In this document: positions 34,986-47,699 of the stretch, in pieces
Layout of the letters: the number at the start of each line of letters is the position of its first letter
How positions within the stretch are numbered: position 1 is the stretch's first letter
NCBI RefSeq assembly: GCF_000143415.4
Contig: NW_003314261.1
Location: forward strand, 6,604,817 to 6,668,816
Source of the DNA: Selaginella moellendorffii
Lineage: Eukaryota > Plantae > Lycopodiophyta
Direction of reading: 5' to 3'
Length of the DNA stretch: 64,000 nt
Program-made: the position numbers and the translations under genes
Notes under the pieces: generated by a model
The model's database searches: none
The model's input: the letters and a program-made list of their open reading frames with translations, nothing else
What the model was told of the DNA's origin: nothing

Positions 34986-37050
34986 ATGGCGGCAGTAGCT
35001 GGCATTGTGAGCACAGGCACTTGGCGCTCAGGTGAGTGGTGGTAGGCAGCATTGAAGAACGCGATTTCGTCTAATTCTGGAGGTTGCAGAGCTCATTGGC
35101 CACTACTCTCTTCCACGTTTGAGACTGAGCTTCTCCACGGTACACTACATTTTCCTTTCTATTTCAGTTTTGGTTTTGTGGCGTTTTTCATTTGTAGAGC
35201 CTTCTCCGAGGTGGATTTCGAAGACCGCTGGTTATACGATGTAGTGGTGCTGACGCTTCTGAGACACCCAAGCCCAAGCCGAGACGTCGGAAGAAGGCTG
35301 ATGATCCTTCGGCTCAACCCAAGCAAGAAGAAGAAGCTGTGACTCCGAAAGTTACGAAGCGACAATCTCGAGCATCGGCAGCAGCTTCTCCCAGGGACTC
35401 GGATGAACAGCCCCTTGAAAAACCGAAGAAGAAAAGGGCAGCACCTAAGCGGAAAGTTGTAGAAGCTACAGCGGTGGAAGTTGAAGTTGTTGATGACAGA
35501 GATGGGACAAAAGCCGAGGCGGTTGTTGCGCGGACCAAAAGAAAGAGCAAGAAAGAAAATGATAGATGGAAAATCATGGAGGGGGAGAAGCTTAAGGTGA
35601 TTGAAGGTAAGAACATGGCCGACGTGGAAGTTGTGTACGAGAGTGAAGAGGAGGAAGACGATGATCAAGCTGAAGACGAGTTGGAAGACGAAGAAAAACA
35701 GGAAGGAGACCTTGATGTCGTCGACATGAACTTCCCGGACAAAGAATGCTACGCGCTTATTTCGTCATACAAGCCCAGGAAGGTCGCCAAGGACGAGCGT
35801 CCTCCGCTGACAAACGACGAGCTATGGTGGAACTGGAAGAACCGACGGCCTGATGAGCACGTCTGGAGTGAGTTCCAGAAACGTCCTGGGCTTCCTGATA
35901 TCGTAAGTTCTCCACTTGCAAACTTTCTCTAACACTCGAGCTTGCGTTTGTACGTTTGTATGTAGACAATGGCAGCTATGGCGGCACTGACAGGACAGAT
36001 TAAGTTGTTCGGAGACACGCCAACTGTGACAGAGACGCACATTTATCGTGCTCGAAAATTCGTGTTCAAAGAGGAAAGGTGAGCTACCTTGCCAAAAATT
36101 TCTCTTTGTGCTGGCTGTAAAATTAACACAAAACTTTCAGGTTGGCGGCGGAAGCGAAACGGAGGGACGAAATAGGGGCAATGGCATATTATCATGAATG
36201 GGTGAAAGCGTGGGACAAGGATACGTCGAAAGAAGCTGTTCAGAAGCACTACGAGGAAACGGGAGAAGACGTGGCTTTGCAGTTGATGAATATGTTGGCT
36301 TGCCAGACTCAGAGAGAATATCGACAAATGATGGGTACTGATGTTCGAATCCGAAGAGATCCACTTGTGATGCGTGCGACGCGAGAGATGAAAAGATCCG
36401 GTGAGTTACAAAATCGTTTCTTGGATTCACCTGATTCGGTCGTTGGCTGGTTTGTTTCAGTTTTTGGTGGCGATCCTGTCTATCCAACTATAAATTACAG
36501 AAAAAAACCAGATGAAATTCCAGATTACCGAGGGCCAAATTTCCATCAGCCAAGGCCAAATCTCATAGAACACTTGATACGGGTACGGGTACAGTAAGAT
36601 ATACTTTTGACTTGCATTTTGGCTTATCCTCCTTTTGAACATTCATGCAGGGTGGTCGGATGAAAACACGAGCTGAACACAACCGCATAATGGCTTTGCA
36701 GCAGCAACGACTTGAAGCTGCAGCCGCAAGGGCCGAGGTGAGCTTCTTTTCCGTTTTCGAGCAGCTCTTGATTGATGGCTCTTGAATTCCAGGAGGATGA
36801 AGCAGTTGTGGAAGAAATGGCCGCAGCTATTGACATTGGCGACAAAGATATAGAGGTAAGAACTTTACACGCATGTTGGATGGGTCTGTTTTGATGAACA
36901 GTTCGTTCGTTCGTTCAGGAGGAGGATGATGAAGAAGAAGACGATGTTGATGTCGACGCCCAGTTGAAAGAAGAGATCATTTCCGTGCCAACAGAGAAGC
37001 TGATAGAGCTCGCACAGGAAGAGGACGAGGACGAGGAAGGAAACATATAG
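34986..37050 (+). CDS. PTAC12: Plastid transcriptionally active 12 / HEMERA (PAP5), multi-exon
   Basis: LTNDELWWNW, GQIKLFGDTPTVTET, YYHEWVKAWDKDTSKEAVQKHYEETGED, QTQREYRQMMGTDVRIRRDPL and GGDPVYPTINY...DYRGPNFHQP, with acidic tracts. Confidence 0.9.
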
Positions 37051-37156
37051 AGAAGTCGCGGTTTGATTGATTCGTTGTGTACTACTGACACATTGCAGCC
37101 GCTCTGTGGCTCTCGGACGGACAGACAAAAAGAGTTTCCCGGAGAGAAAGAAACCT

Positions 37157-37711
37157 CTAGCACATATCGCCGTCCAAAGAGAAAGCACAGTACTCCTGGA
37201 AGGGAGTGAGCTCCACCATGCCAACGTCGCAAATGTGGCCCGTTAGAGGTAGCTTCAACTCTTGAAACACAGCGAAGGCATCCGCCAGCCGGTTCCTGGG
37301 AAGCTCTTGGGCGACACTGCAGTGAGGGAACCAGTTCCCGGGCTGATAGACATCCAAGCTCTCGACTCCCATCACCTGGAGAAGCTCGTGGAAGCGGTCG
37401 TGGAAAGCCAGGAGCTGGATTGTGGGGGCCGGGGTGAGGAAGAGGGAGGTCTTGTCCGTGAAGAAGCCCCCAGCGGCGGAGAAACTGATGGCCACAGGGC
37501 CCTCCTGCGCGGCGAAGCTCTCGACAGTGGTCCGGAGTTTTGGGAGCTCCAAGTCGTCGGCGGTCGTGAGGCTGAGACGCATGTGAGGTCGGCTGCCGCT
37601 GTCAATGAGCAGGGAGGTTATCTTCCTCCGGGCTAAGACGTTCCAGAGCTCGAGGATTTGGTTCTCTAGCGCGGCGTCGAAGTAGAGAGCGAAGGCGAAG
37701 CTCTTGGGCAT
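37157..37711 (-). CDS. 2H phosphoesterase (2'-5' RNA ligase / cyclic phosphodiesterase family)
   Basis: ALYFDAALENQILELWNVLARR, with two His motifs SRPHMRL and WFPHCSV. Single exon. Confidence 0.9.
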   Translation of the reverse strand: MPKSFAFALYFDAALENQILELWNVLARRKITSLLIDSGSRPHMRLSLTTADDLELPKLRTTVESFAAQEGPVAISFSAAGGFFTDKTSLFLTPAPTIQLLAFHDRFHELLQVMGVESLDVYQPGNWFPHCSVAQELPRNRLADAFAVFQELKLPLTGHICDVGMVELTPFQEYCAFSLDGDMC

Positions 37712-37896
37712 CGTCGCCTGGTGCAAACATCCATCATGAATCATGAATCCGAGAAGAATTTCATCGTACCTTGATTCGATCCTTTCAGGAAGAGCTAAAA
37801 GGGTTAGGGCTAAATCATACGAAAAAGTTATTTCGAAAAGTATTGATTAGCGATGTTATTTAAAGTAAAAACATATTTTGCAAATTAGAAATCAAA

Positions 37897-38739
37897 TTAT
37901 TCACACTTCATATTATTTGTCCAATAAATTCTATTAGGATATTTTAATAGATGAATATTTAAAGCACAATCATTTGAAACATTTAAATATGTTGATAACA
38001 AACAATTTTCACAATATTTATGACTATCCCATACATCTTCATTATAATGATACAAAACTAACTTACCATTATTTTTCAGTTTTAAATAGCAATTAAAAAT
38101 ATTTCTCTTCCTAGATGTTATTTCCCAGATTTTTATTTTTCCCTTATATAGAGAGAGTTTGCAATTTACTTCTAAAATTAAAACAAATTTAAAACCTTTG
38201 GAGTAAATAAAATCACCAGTATACATAACTGAATCATAATATAATCTGGTAGCTCTTAATATACAAAAAGATAAATCATTTATACTAATTTTTTTATTTA
38301 GATGCATAGATAGAGTTTCTGAGTTATCTTTTAGTTTATATGTTAATACAAATTTATTAGTTTCCTTTTGAAAAAAGTCTGAAAGTTTCTCATTCATAAA
38401 ATCTAAATAATTATCAATAATTACTCTTAAAGCAGTAATTATATTATTTCCCCCAATAGTAGCAGATTTGAAACAATCCTCTTTACATTCAAATATTACA
38501 TCAAAAATACCTTTTGTTGTTTCTACTTCAATATTATTTGAATAATCTGTTGAATAACTTTGTTTTCCATAAACATCCCCCATTAACTTATACATAGCTC
38601 CAATGATTTTACCCATATCTTCTGGAGTTAAAACATTAGTGTTTCCAATGGTTAGTTTTCGTCCTGATAATCCTAAATTAAAACATAGAAACATTAAACA
38701 CAATATTAGTAGATTATAATGAAGTTGTAAGAAATACAT
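37897..38739 (-). CDS. Secreted protein with C-terminal bulb-type (B/GNA) lectin-like domain, 280 aa, unusually AT-rich
   Basis: N-terminal hydrophobic signal. Three B-lectin-like repeats: LILEVNCKLSLY..IW, CYLKLKNNGKLVLY..VWDS, YLNVSNDCALNI..YWT. An 843-nt open frame persists in very AT-rich DNA. Confidence 0.75.
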   Translation of the reverse strand: MYFLQLHYNLLILCLMFLCFNLGLSGRKLTIGNTNVLTPEDMGKIIGAMYKLMGDVYGKQSYSTDYSNNIEVETTKGIFDVIFECKEDCFKSATIGGNNIITALRVIIDNYLDFMNEKLSDFFQKETNKFVLTYKLKDNSETLSMHLNKKISINDLSFCILRATRLYYDSVMYTGDFIYSKGFKFVLILEVNCKLSLYKGKIKIWEITSRKRNIFNCYLKLKNNGKLVLYHYNEDVWDSHKYCENCLLSTYLNVSNDCALNIHLLKYPNRIYWTNNMKCE

Positions 38740-39498
38740 ATTATGATATAAGCTATAAGAAATACTTATTATGAAAGTAAAACATAAAACTAAGGATATT
38801 TATAAAGATAGTTTAGAGTATAAACACATAGAGTAAAATATAAAAACTAAAATTCTTTTAATATCTTTTTATAAAATAAATATTAGAAACAGCAAAAATC
38901 CAGCATAGCTTGGACGAGAATAACATCACATATGGTTCCCTCATGCTCCACATTTGTGTTTTAGTATGGGATCATGATCTAATTGAATTAGGATAGTGAT
39001 TCTTACTTGTGGTGCCATTTGGTTTCTTAGCGCTTAGTTCTATAAGAGCATTGTGAGACACAAATCCCTAAGCCCCAAAGTGGAGCTGAAAGGGTGCCAC
39101 ATGGTAATTGCCAAAATAAAAGCCAAATGAGTGTAATATGTTTGAACTAAAAGCTTTAACTTAAAAAATTAAGAGCAGGAGTGGAACTCTCAACGAAGGG
39201 CTCAAGGAACAAACTTGAAGTGAGCAATAAGTGAGTCTCTAGAAAAAAAACATAAGAGGACCAACATATGATATATGGAAGTGTCGAGATAGACCCGAAA
39301 TGGAGTCTGAGATGGAGTCTGAGATGAAATTGAGACCAAGACTGAAATAGAGTCCAAGTCCAAGTCCAAGTCCGAATACTAATATAGATTGTTGGGTGAA
39401 AGCCCAAAGTGATCGTCCCCTAAGTGGGGGGTTTCCAAAAGTATAGTAGGGAGAGTGTGGGGGTTGGACCCCAATGGAGCCAATTTGGCCAGAAAAGG

Positions 39499-40561
39499 TG
39501 TAAGCCACAAATTTTTCCTTTCCAATTTGCTAACTTACCTCGTCTACCCATCTAACATTGCCTTAGCTTTTGCTAAGTTCCCTCGCCAAGGTTCTCGCCT
39601 ATGGTATCAGCTCCTACTTGGTTTCAGCTACTCACTACACGAGCAACGGAGCATTAGCCATCCATCCACAGATTCCCAAATCTCTCCCAATCCCCCTCCC
39701 CGGGTTAGACTAGACTTAAGGTTCAGCTACACTCCCCGTAGGCACAAGCAACCAAGCACACCAAGCCTCCAGGTTCTTAACACCCCTTGGTACCATAAAA
39801 CTTGATCATGGTACCCTTTAAATCCCAAGTCTTGGGTGCAACACTTGTTTCGGGACGCCGGGGCGAAACACCATGGCTTAACGACCCAGTATGGATACCT
39901 CTACCCCCCCACTTCCATCCCGAAGGAAGGCCCAAGCCCCTAGGAAGGGTGAGGACCAATGAGCCACATGGTACTCAAGTGGGGCACCACTCCACATGAG
40001 CCGGAAGCATCGTAGTCGGTTTCCCTTTCGGGAGTAGGAGCTGCTCTTGAGCACTTCCCGGGGTGGCCCCTCCGGCACCACCCAAGTCCCTGTTCACTCC
40101 CACCCAAGGTCCCTCAGCCCCAGTCTCAACCTTAAGTCAGTTTGGAAGCACCACTGGAGAGTTCCTTCAAGACTGGTTCCTGGACCTCACTATCCCTACT
40201 CTACTTTTGGAACCCCTTGCAGCCCTCACCCCCCCCCCCTGGGAGATGCACGCTTTAGGCTTTCACCCCTTGACCCGTATTAGTTCTCGTACCCGATCTC
40301 GGACTCGACTTCGGACTCGACCTCGGACTCGGACTCGGTCTTGGACCCAATTTGGATCTCGGACTCTGTCTTGAACTCGGTCTCGAACTCGGTCTCCGAT
40401 TTGGCCTCAGACTCGATTCCGGACTCTATCTCGAACTCGGTCTTAGAGTTGGTCTTGGACTCGATTTTCGACTTAGTCTCATCTGATGAACTCTTTGTCA
40501 TTTTGGTCATGCTTTCGGGGATCCTTTAGCCTACGACACCTTGGCAAGTTGGTTCCTTACA
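39499..40561 (-). mobile_element. Solo LTR (1063 bp) nested in the 5' LTR, with 5-bp target-site duplication AAAGG
   Basis: Termini TGTAAG...CTTACA. AAAGG occurs at 39494-39498 and 40562-40566. The empty site is visible in the 3' LTR at ~44710. A second family copy starts at 63144. Confidence 0.9.
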
Positions 40562-43500
40562 AAAGGCTAATGTGACCTAGAAAGGGTATGCCCATGTGTT
40601 GGGTGATAATATATTCATTAAAGAGTCTAAAACTAAAGTGAATATAGACAAACAAATGAGGTAGCTTGGTGAAGTGTTCAAAAGCCGGCTCTAGCTCCCC
40701 TAGGAGATCGAATGGTCGATGCTCCTAATCCAAGCATGGGTGGCACTAATTACTTCAATACTTAACATGGCTCAATAAAACCTCATTCCACCCTTATGGC
40801 TAGAACACCCAAAGGCGAAAGGTAGAGAGAGTACTCGTGAGGCTCGCATAGGGCCATAGTGTTTTGAAATGTTGTTCTAAAATCCTAAACTATGGAAAGG
40901 AAGAGGAGCAATCCTTTGGTGTAGTGACTGAGGATACAGTCACATGGTGAGGAACTCCTAAAGGATAGTGGGACTTAATGGTTAGGCCTATGGACCTTGA
41001 TCCAATGGCAGTGTTAGCAAATACGGCCATGGATAGAAAGGGATTTGGTGGGGACCGAAAAGGGGGTATTAGGGAAGGTTGTCCTCCATATCTATAGGCA
41101 TTCTAAGGATGCTAAAGAGTGGATCTGGGATGATCACTTATGGATGGACTACCCAGTCTTTGAGAGATAGGATTGTGATATAGGTGGTGTTGGATCACCG
41201 GTGTGACAAAGTTGAATAAGCATGGCCTTAGTGTAACGAGGTGATATGTTGGTAGTACCTTTTGGTGTCAGTCATAAAATCGAACACGTGGAGCACTTGG
41301 ACCAAGTGCAAAGGTTGAGTGGCATGAATGCCATTCCCAAGGCTAGCAAACCCCAACTCTGGAATAGAATTTATGGAGGTTGTGAGTGAAGCTCCTCCAA
41401 GTGGTTAGAGGTGTGGTTAAATGACTAAAGTAGAATGGAAAATTTAGTCGCTTACAATTTAATATCGGAGCTATTCCTTAGTTTAACTTTTATTTTTATT
41501 GAAGTATATCACCATTTATGTTGGCATCGGAAGGTCCTAGGAGTGGGTCTATCCTTGAGGAGTAGCAAGTCAGGAGGACATGGCTCTCCACTATAGTTCA
41601 TATATGAACTTGTAGACAAGGTGTTGGATAGAAAAACGCTAATAAAGGAACGATTTTGGGATCTTGGGAACAGTATAAAATTTTCCTTAGAGAGTTGAGG
41701 ATATGATCCAGATGAGCATTTAACTTAACAAACTGGTTAATATAGTTGTGGTAAACAACTATAGTTGGGATCACATGAAAAATAGAAACTCCAAAATAAT
41801 AAAGGAGTCACAAGATTATCCCTATATAGTTGAGGCTTGTGTTTATAAATTTGAGACTAAAATTAATGACCGTGGGAGATCAAATACGGATGAGGATACA
41901 AGTCCTTGAAATGGTAGCCAAGACTACCTTTTATAAATGCTAGAGTTGGGGGTGTATTTAGAGGATGAGTCAGTATTCTCATCATATGGATAGATAGTTT
42001 TAAGGGGCAAAAGTAGCCCATATGGAACAAATAATAATCAAGTGTCGGAGTAACACTTGCAAAGATGGTCCTTATCAGTAGGACATAAATACAAGAAGTT
42101 ATATTTTAGCGAGCTACCAACTCAAAAAGTAAAACCTCACAGGTCATTTTATTAACAAAGTCCAAAAAGCTTGATGACTCAAGTGGAGTCAAGGGATGGT
42201 CCTAAGAGATTGGTAGAAACATTTGAACTGAGGTGTGTTATGTCCCACGAAAGATGGGGAGAATCATAAGATTCAAGTATAAGGATAATAGATATTTCAT
42301 TGATGGCAAAATATGCCATACTAAAGTTATGGAAAAGATGTTCTTAGAAGAAAGAAATTTTGGCACAGAGTTGTGTGTGAATACTATGGTGTAGTATTAA
42401 CTAATAGTTGGCATAAGAAATAACTGTTTTAGTCCCAACCCTCTAATGCTTGGGTTTGAGTCCTAACTCACTAGGGCGTAATGATAGTTTGGAATATAAA
42501 GACACTCATTTTTCAGTGGTCATAGACTCTTAGTGAGGAGACTAAGTTAGGCACATTACCAAGTAGGGGATGCCTCGGAGTCGTGATACACTATTAGATT
42601 GTTTAGTGTGAAAGCTCAACATATCTCACTTAAACACTTTGGTGCAAGTGGCACCAAGGACGTGGTGAATAAGATGGGGACACCCAATCTCAATTGCTAT
42701 GGATCCTTGGCCAAAAGGGTTGACTTGGGAGCATCGCAAAGTGTGGGGGATGCCTCCAAAGTTATGGTTATCAACTTAAAAATCTGGAAGACTTAGTACC
42801 TATTAGCAAATTTGTTAAGGTGTCAAAGTTATATCACTAAGTGATCTTATGGCTAAGCAAAGATGAGGTCCTTGTAACGTTAAGGAATAAAGTTCCTAGT
42901 TCAAAGTGTTGATTTAAACTATTGATAATGGTGTGGCTTGGTCAAGATGACCAAGTGGGAAGGACACTTAAGGGAAATGAACTGTGACAATACAATGGTA
43001 TTGTGAGTTCAAAAAAATAGTTTCCAAGGAAGAACACATGGGTGAATTGCAAAGTTAAATCATGAATAGAGCCCAAAGTAAAAAATATTGGGGAGACTTA
43101 CTAAGGGTGAACACCCCTTAGACTTGGCAAAGCAGAGTCTTTACTATAGAACCAAAAAAATACTTTAAGGATGGAGGTAATGGTCCTATGTTACTTGGTA
43201 CAACAATCAAAAGATAGGAGCAAGAAACTAATGGCCAAGTTTAAGCTATAGAAATCATTAGAAGAAATCTAAACAATAAAGTTGAGCAAAGATAGATTTC
43301 CAAATACTCCAATTTGGCAAAGGTGAAAGTTCTAAAGGAGGGAGCTGTAAAATAGCTAAATGATAAAGTTGTGGATAGCCCTAGCACAAATTATGGAAAA
43401 ATAAAACTTAGTGTTTAGAGTGGCACGAAATAAGAGTGAGGATGATAGTGCCCTCAAGTAAAGAACTTCCTAGGATCGGGAAGTGGAGTTTGTACAAGAC

Positions 43501-44124
43501 ATGCAATGCAAGGTGTCAGAAACCCTTAGGAAATTGACTTTAAAAAGACAAAATTAAAAGTTCCAAAGTGTGATGATTATGTTAGTAAAAGCCGAGGTTA
43601 CTTCTGAATGAGTAGTCAAATTGAAATAGAGAAAGTGTCTTTAACAAATTTAACATGAACTAAATGAGCAAAAGGGAAACAGCCACCATAAGTGGTGTAA
43701 TGAATCTCTAAGTTGGAGAGACTATACTCCTTAAAAGATGGAGAAAACATGGTGAGCTTTTTGTGTCAAACCATTGACAAATATTGGCTGTGTGCCAAGG
43801 ATAAAAAGTGGTAATCCATTATAAGGTTACTTTATAAAATGGTTTATTATTCGATAAAGACATCGAACTTCATCTATAGGTGGTGGAGTTGTGAGACACA
43901 AATCCCTAAGCTTTAAAGTGGAGCTAAAAGGGTGCCATGTGGTAGTGGCCGAAGCGAAAGCCAAACAAGTTTAACATGTTTGGACTAAAAGCTCCAACTT
44001 GAAAAGTCGAGAGCGAGAGTGGAAATCTCAACAAAGGGCTCAAGGAATGAACTTAAAGTGAGCAATAATTGAGTCTCTAAAAAAGGGACACAAGAGGACT
44101 AACACATGACACGTGAAAGTGTCT

Positions 44125-44580
44125 AGATGAACCCAAGATGGAGTTCGAGATGGAATTTGAAATGGACCCAAGATAAAGTTTGAGATGGACCTAAGATAGA
44201 CCCGAGATGGAGTCCAAGATGGAGTTTGAGATGAACCTGAGATGGAATCCGAGATGGACTTGAGATGGAGTCCGAGATGAACTCAAGATGGAGTCCGAGA
44301 TGGAATCCAAAATGGACTTGACATGGACCCAAGATGGAGTCCAAGATGGACCTGAGATAGAGTTTGAGATGGAGTCTAAGATGGATCCAAGATAGAGTTT
44401 GAGATGGAGTCTGAGATGGAGTCCGAAATGAACCTAAAATGGAGTTTGAGATGGAGTCCAAAATGGAGTCCGATATAAAGTTTGAGATGGATCTAAGATA
44501 AAGTTTGAGATGGAACCAAGATTGAGACCAAGACCAAGACCAAGTCTAAGACTAAGTCCAAGTCCGAGTCCGAGTTTGAA
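44125..44580 (+). repeat. Tandem ~12-bp minisatellite (GAGATGGAGTCC-like) and 6-bp repeats inside the 3' LTR
   Basis: Dozens of gagatggagt(c/t)(c/t) units, against only a few at the equivalent 5' LTR position (39290-39375). Confidence 0.88.
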
Positions 44581-47500
44581 TACTAATACAAATTGTTGGG
44601 TGAAAGCCCAAAGCGATCGTCCCCTAGGATAGGAGAGGCTGCAGGGGGTTCCAAAAGTATAGTAAGGAGAGTGTGGGGGTTGGACCCCAATGGAGCAATT
44701 TGGCCAAGAAAGGCCAATGTGACCCAAGAAGGCTATGCCCATGTATTGGGTGATGATATATTCATTAAAGAGTCCAAAACTAGAGTGAATACAGATAGAC
44801 AAGTAAGGTAATTTGGTAAAGTGTTCAAGAGCCAACTTTAGCTCACCTAAGAAATCAAATGGTTGATGCTCCCAGTCCAAACATGGGTGGGACTACCTAC
44901 TTGGATATTTGGCGTGGCTCAACAAAATCTCACTCTAGCCCCATGGTTAGAGCACCCAAAGGTAGAAGGTGGAGAGAGTACCCATGAGGCTTGTGTAGGG
45001 CCACAATGTTTTGAAATGTTATCCCAAAGTCCCAAATTATAAAAAGGAAGAGGAGCAATCCTCTAGTGTAGTGACCGAGAAAATGGTCACGTAATGAGGA
45101 AGTCCCAGAGGATAGTGGGACTTAATAGTTGGGCTTATAAGCCTTGATCCAATGGCAGTGTTAACGAACACAATCATGGATAGAAAAAGATTTGGTGGGG
45201 ACTAAAAAAAGGGTATTAGAGAAGGCTATCCCTTATGTCTGCAGACATCCTAAAGATGCTAAAGAATGGATTTGGGATGATCATTTATGGACGGATTGCC
45301 CAATCTTTGAAAGACAAAATTGTGATATAGGTGGTGTTGGATTATCAGTGTGACAAAGGTGAATGGGCATGGCTTTAGTGTAACAAGTTGATATGTTAAT
45401 GGTACCTTTGGGTGTCAGTCATAGGATAAGACACGTAAAGCACTTGGACCAAGTGCAAAGGTTAAGTGTGGATGTCATTCCCAAGGCTAGCAAACCCCAA
45501 GTTTAAAATAGGATTTATAGAGGTTGTGAGTGAGGCATGGGGCATTGATAGTTCTCATAAGCTCTACACCCAAGGCATATTGGCTCTAAACATGCTCTAG
45601 ATCAACTCTAGATTTATGATGTTTGTAAGTGTCAGCAAAAGACAAGTAATGTTTAGTGTTGCTAGTGAGAGCTCCCTTCACTAGAGCTCTCCTCACTAAG
45701 ATTGACACTTGATCTCCTTGGCCAAGAGCGATTAACCATGCTCTATAATGTCTATTGGAGGGAGGTGTTGATAATGGGATTGTTGTTTTACTTCCCTATA
45801 TAGATAAAGTTTTGGTAATTTCTAACAAGGATATTATAAACTCTATAGCATAGCTTAACCATATTGTAAACTCTTTAGTTGCAACAATGCTTAACTCCAT
45901 CCTAAAACCTTTAATTAATTGAAACAAGGTGCACTTTTATTCATGGGTTTTTTTTTTCTTAGATACTATTATTATCTCAGTCGCTAGATTAAAATGATTA
46001 CTACACCATAGAGTAATGGAAAATTGGCTAGGAGTATAAAAGATCTAACCATTTACCATTGCTATTGCAAAGGATTCAATGATTAATTATGTGTGTGCTT
46101 ATTGGTTTTGTCAAGTAAATTTGAATATCCTAAAGTAGGTGTTGTGTAATGAATTTGAACTTTTTGAAAAGTCACACTACTAAAACCCAAAAATGCTTAA
46201 CCCTAAGTATCCTAAGACTTTTAATCAATTGAATAAAAAACACTCTTGTTTATAAGCTTTTTCCCTCTATATTTAAACCTTTATAAATTGTCTCTTGAAT
46301 CATTCTCTTTGGTTGCTTTTATATTATTAATAAGTAGAATCAAGAATGCAAGAATATGATTGAATCAAAGTTTGGTAGAAAACTTTTGTTGATCCATTTA
46401 CAACTATTTATGACATGGATTAATAATTAAGAACTTCTAAGTAATGGAGAACTTTAAGATCAAGAACCAAGCTCTTCTTTGGAAGAATTTATTAAATCCT
46501 CCTTTTTGTAAAGGCCAACTTTAGATATATAAGACAAATAGCACCCACCATTTCAAAAACTCACTTTTTCTTTCTCCAAATATAGCCATTAAACCCTTTA
46601 TTACTATAGCATTTTTGGCCACCAGATCAATGCAAACTTTGATGTCATTGCCCCTTTTCTTCAAGCTTCCTCTACTCTCTTACCTTAAAGAGTTTATAGT
46701 ATCCATAGATCACCAAAACCTTATTTGACAATCTATGTTAAAGTTTCAAAGAGAACACTAAGCATATGAAATTCTCTAGTAAAATAAAGTTTTCTTTTTC
46801 TGTTCTTTTAGATAATTTTTATTGAAAGGAGAAAGGCACCACTTACTGAGAATTTGTAAAATGTTTATTAATTCCTCATAAATTTGAAGATGTATCTCAA
46901 TTATCATCCTTTTATTTTTTTGGACTATTTTAACTTCAATTTGTATCATTCTCTCTCTGTAAACTCAATAGATATTTTATAGTTTCTAAAGACCAAAAGT
47001 TTTAAATTTCATCAAGCTTGTTTCATAATACTCCTCAGGACTGTATCTCATATTTTCATAGCTGATTCTGAGATTAAAATTAAAATAAATTTTTTAAGAA
47101 AAATATACTATAACTTATAAATAATTACTTTTGTGATTTACTTTTGACCTGTCCTTTAATTATTCAAAAGTAAGACCTATGGATACCTTTACAGACACAG
47201 AATATAAATCAAATTGCTATATTTATTTACAAAATAAATATAATAAACTAAAGCAAAACAAATGTTGTTGTGCAACAGCATAGCAAATTCCATGTTAACC
47301 ATATTTTTATCTTAGTGTTATTTAAAGTTTTATTATACCCATCATGCAATGATTATTCGATCATCACCTATAGCCACAAGTGAGAAACAAGAAGAGAGAG
47401 AAGAACAAGCCATAAATGAAAAAAAAGCCCTAAAATTCCTTATTTCCTACCCAACTCTTAATATATTTGATCTGTAGCAACTTCCCCCGACTTGAAGATG

Positions 47501-47699
47501 CAATTAAGTTGGTAGGTGATAGATGAAGTTTATTGCAGATGCGCTCCCCTAAGTGATCACATGCTGGAGATGCTCCTTGAACCCTGATTAGTGCTTAAAG
47601 TCTCTTCACAAATTTAGCCACCTTTTGTATTGTGGTTTGTAATTTTCTATGTATAATTGTACACTTTCTTGCTTGACCAATGGATTTTAGTTAGTGGTT

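Larger units (their letters stand above)
39052..45535 (+). mobile_element. Decayed non-autonomous LTR retrotransposon: 5' LTR 39052-41456 (interrupted by a solo LTR), internal region 41457-43889, 3' LTR from 43890 truncated at ~45535
   Basis: Direct repeats both start TGTGAGACACAAATCCCTAAG (39052, 43890). The 5' LTR ends CTTACA and is followed by a degenerate tRNA-Met PBS (aatatcggagc). A purine-rich tract precedes the 3' LTR. The internal region has no intact ORF. Confidence 0.85.

Noticed and set aside
39156-40529. Short ORFs within LTRs (also 44123-44880 and 63109-63999)
   Set aside because: They lie within LTR or minisatellite sequence and have no protein motifs.
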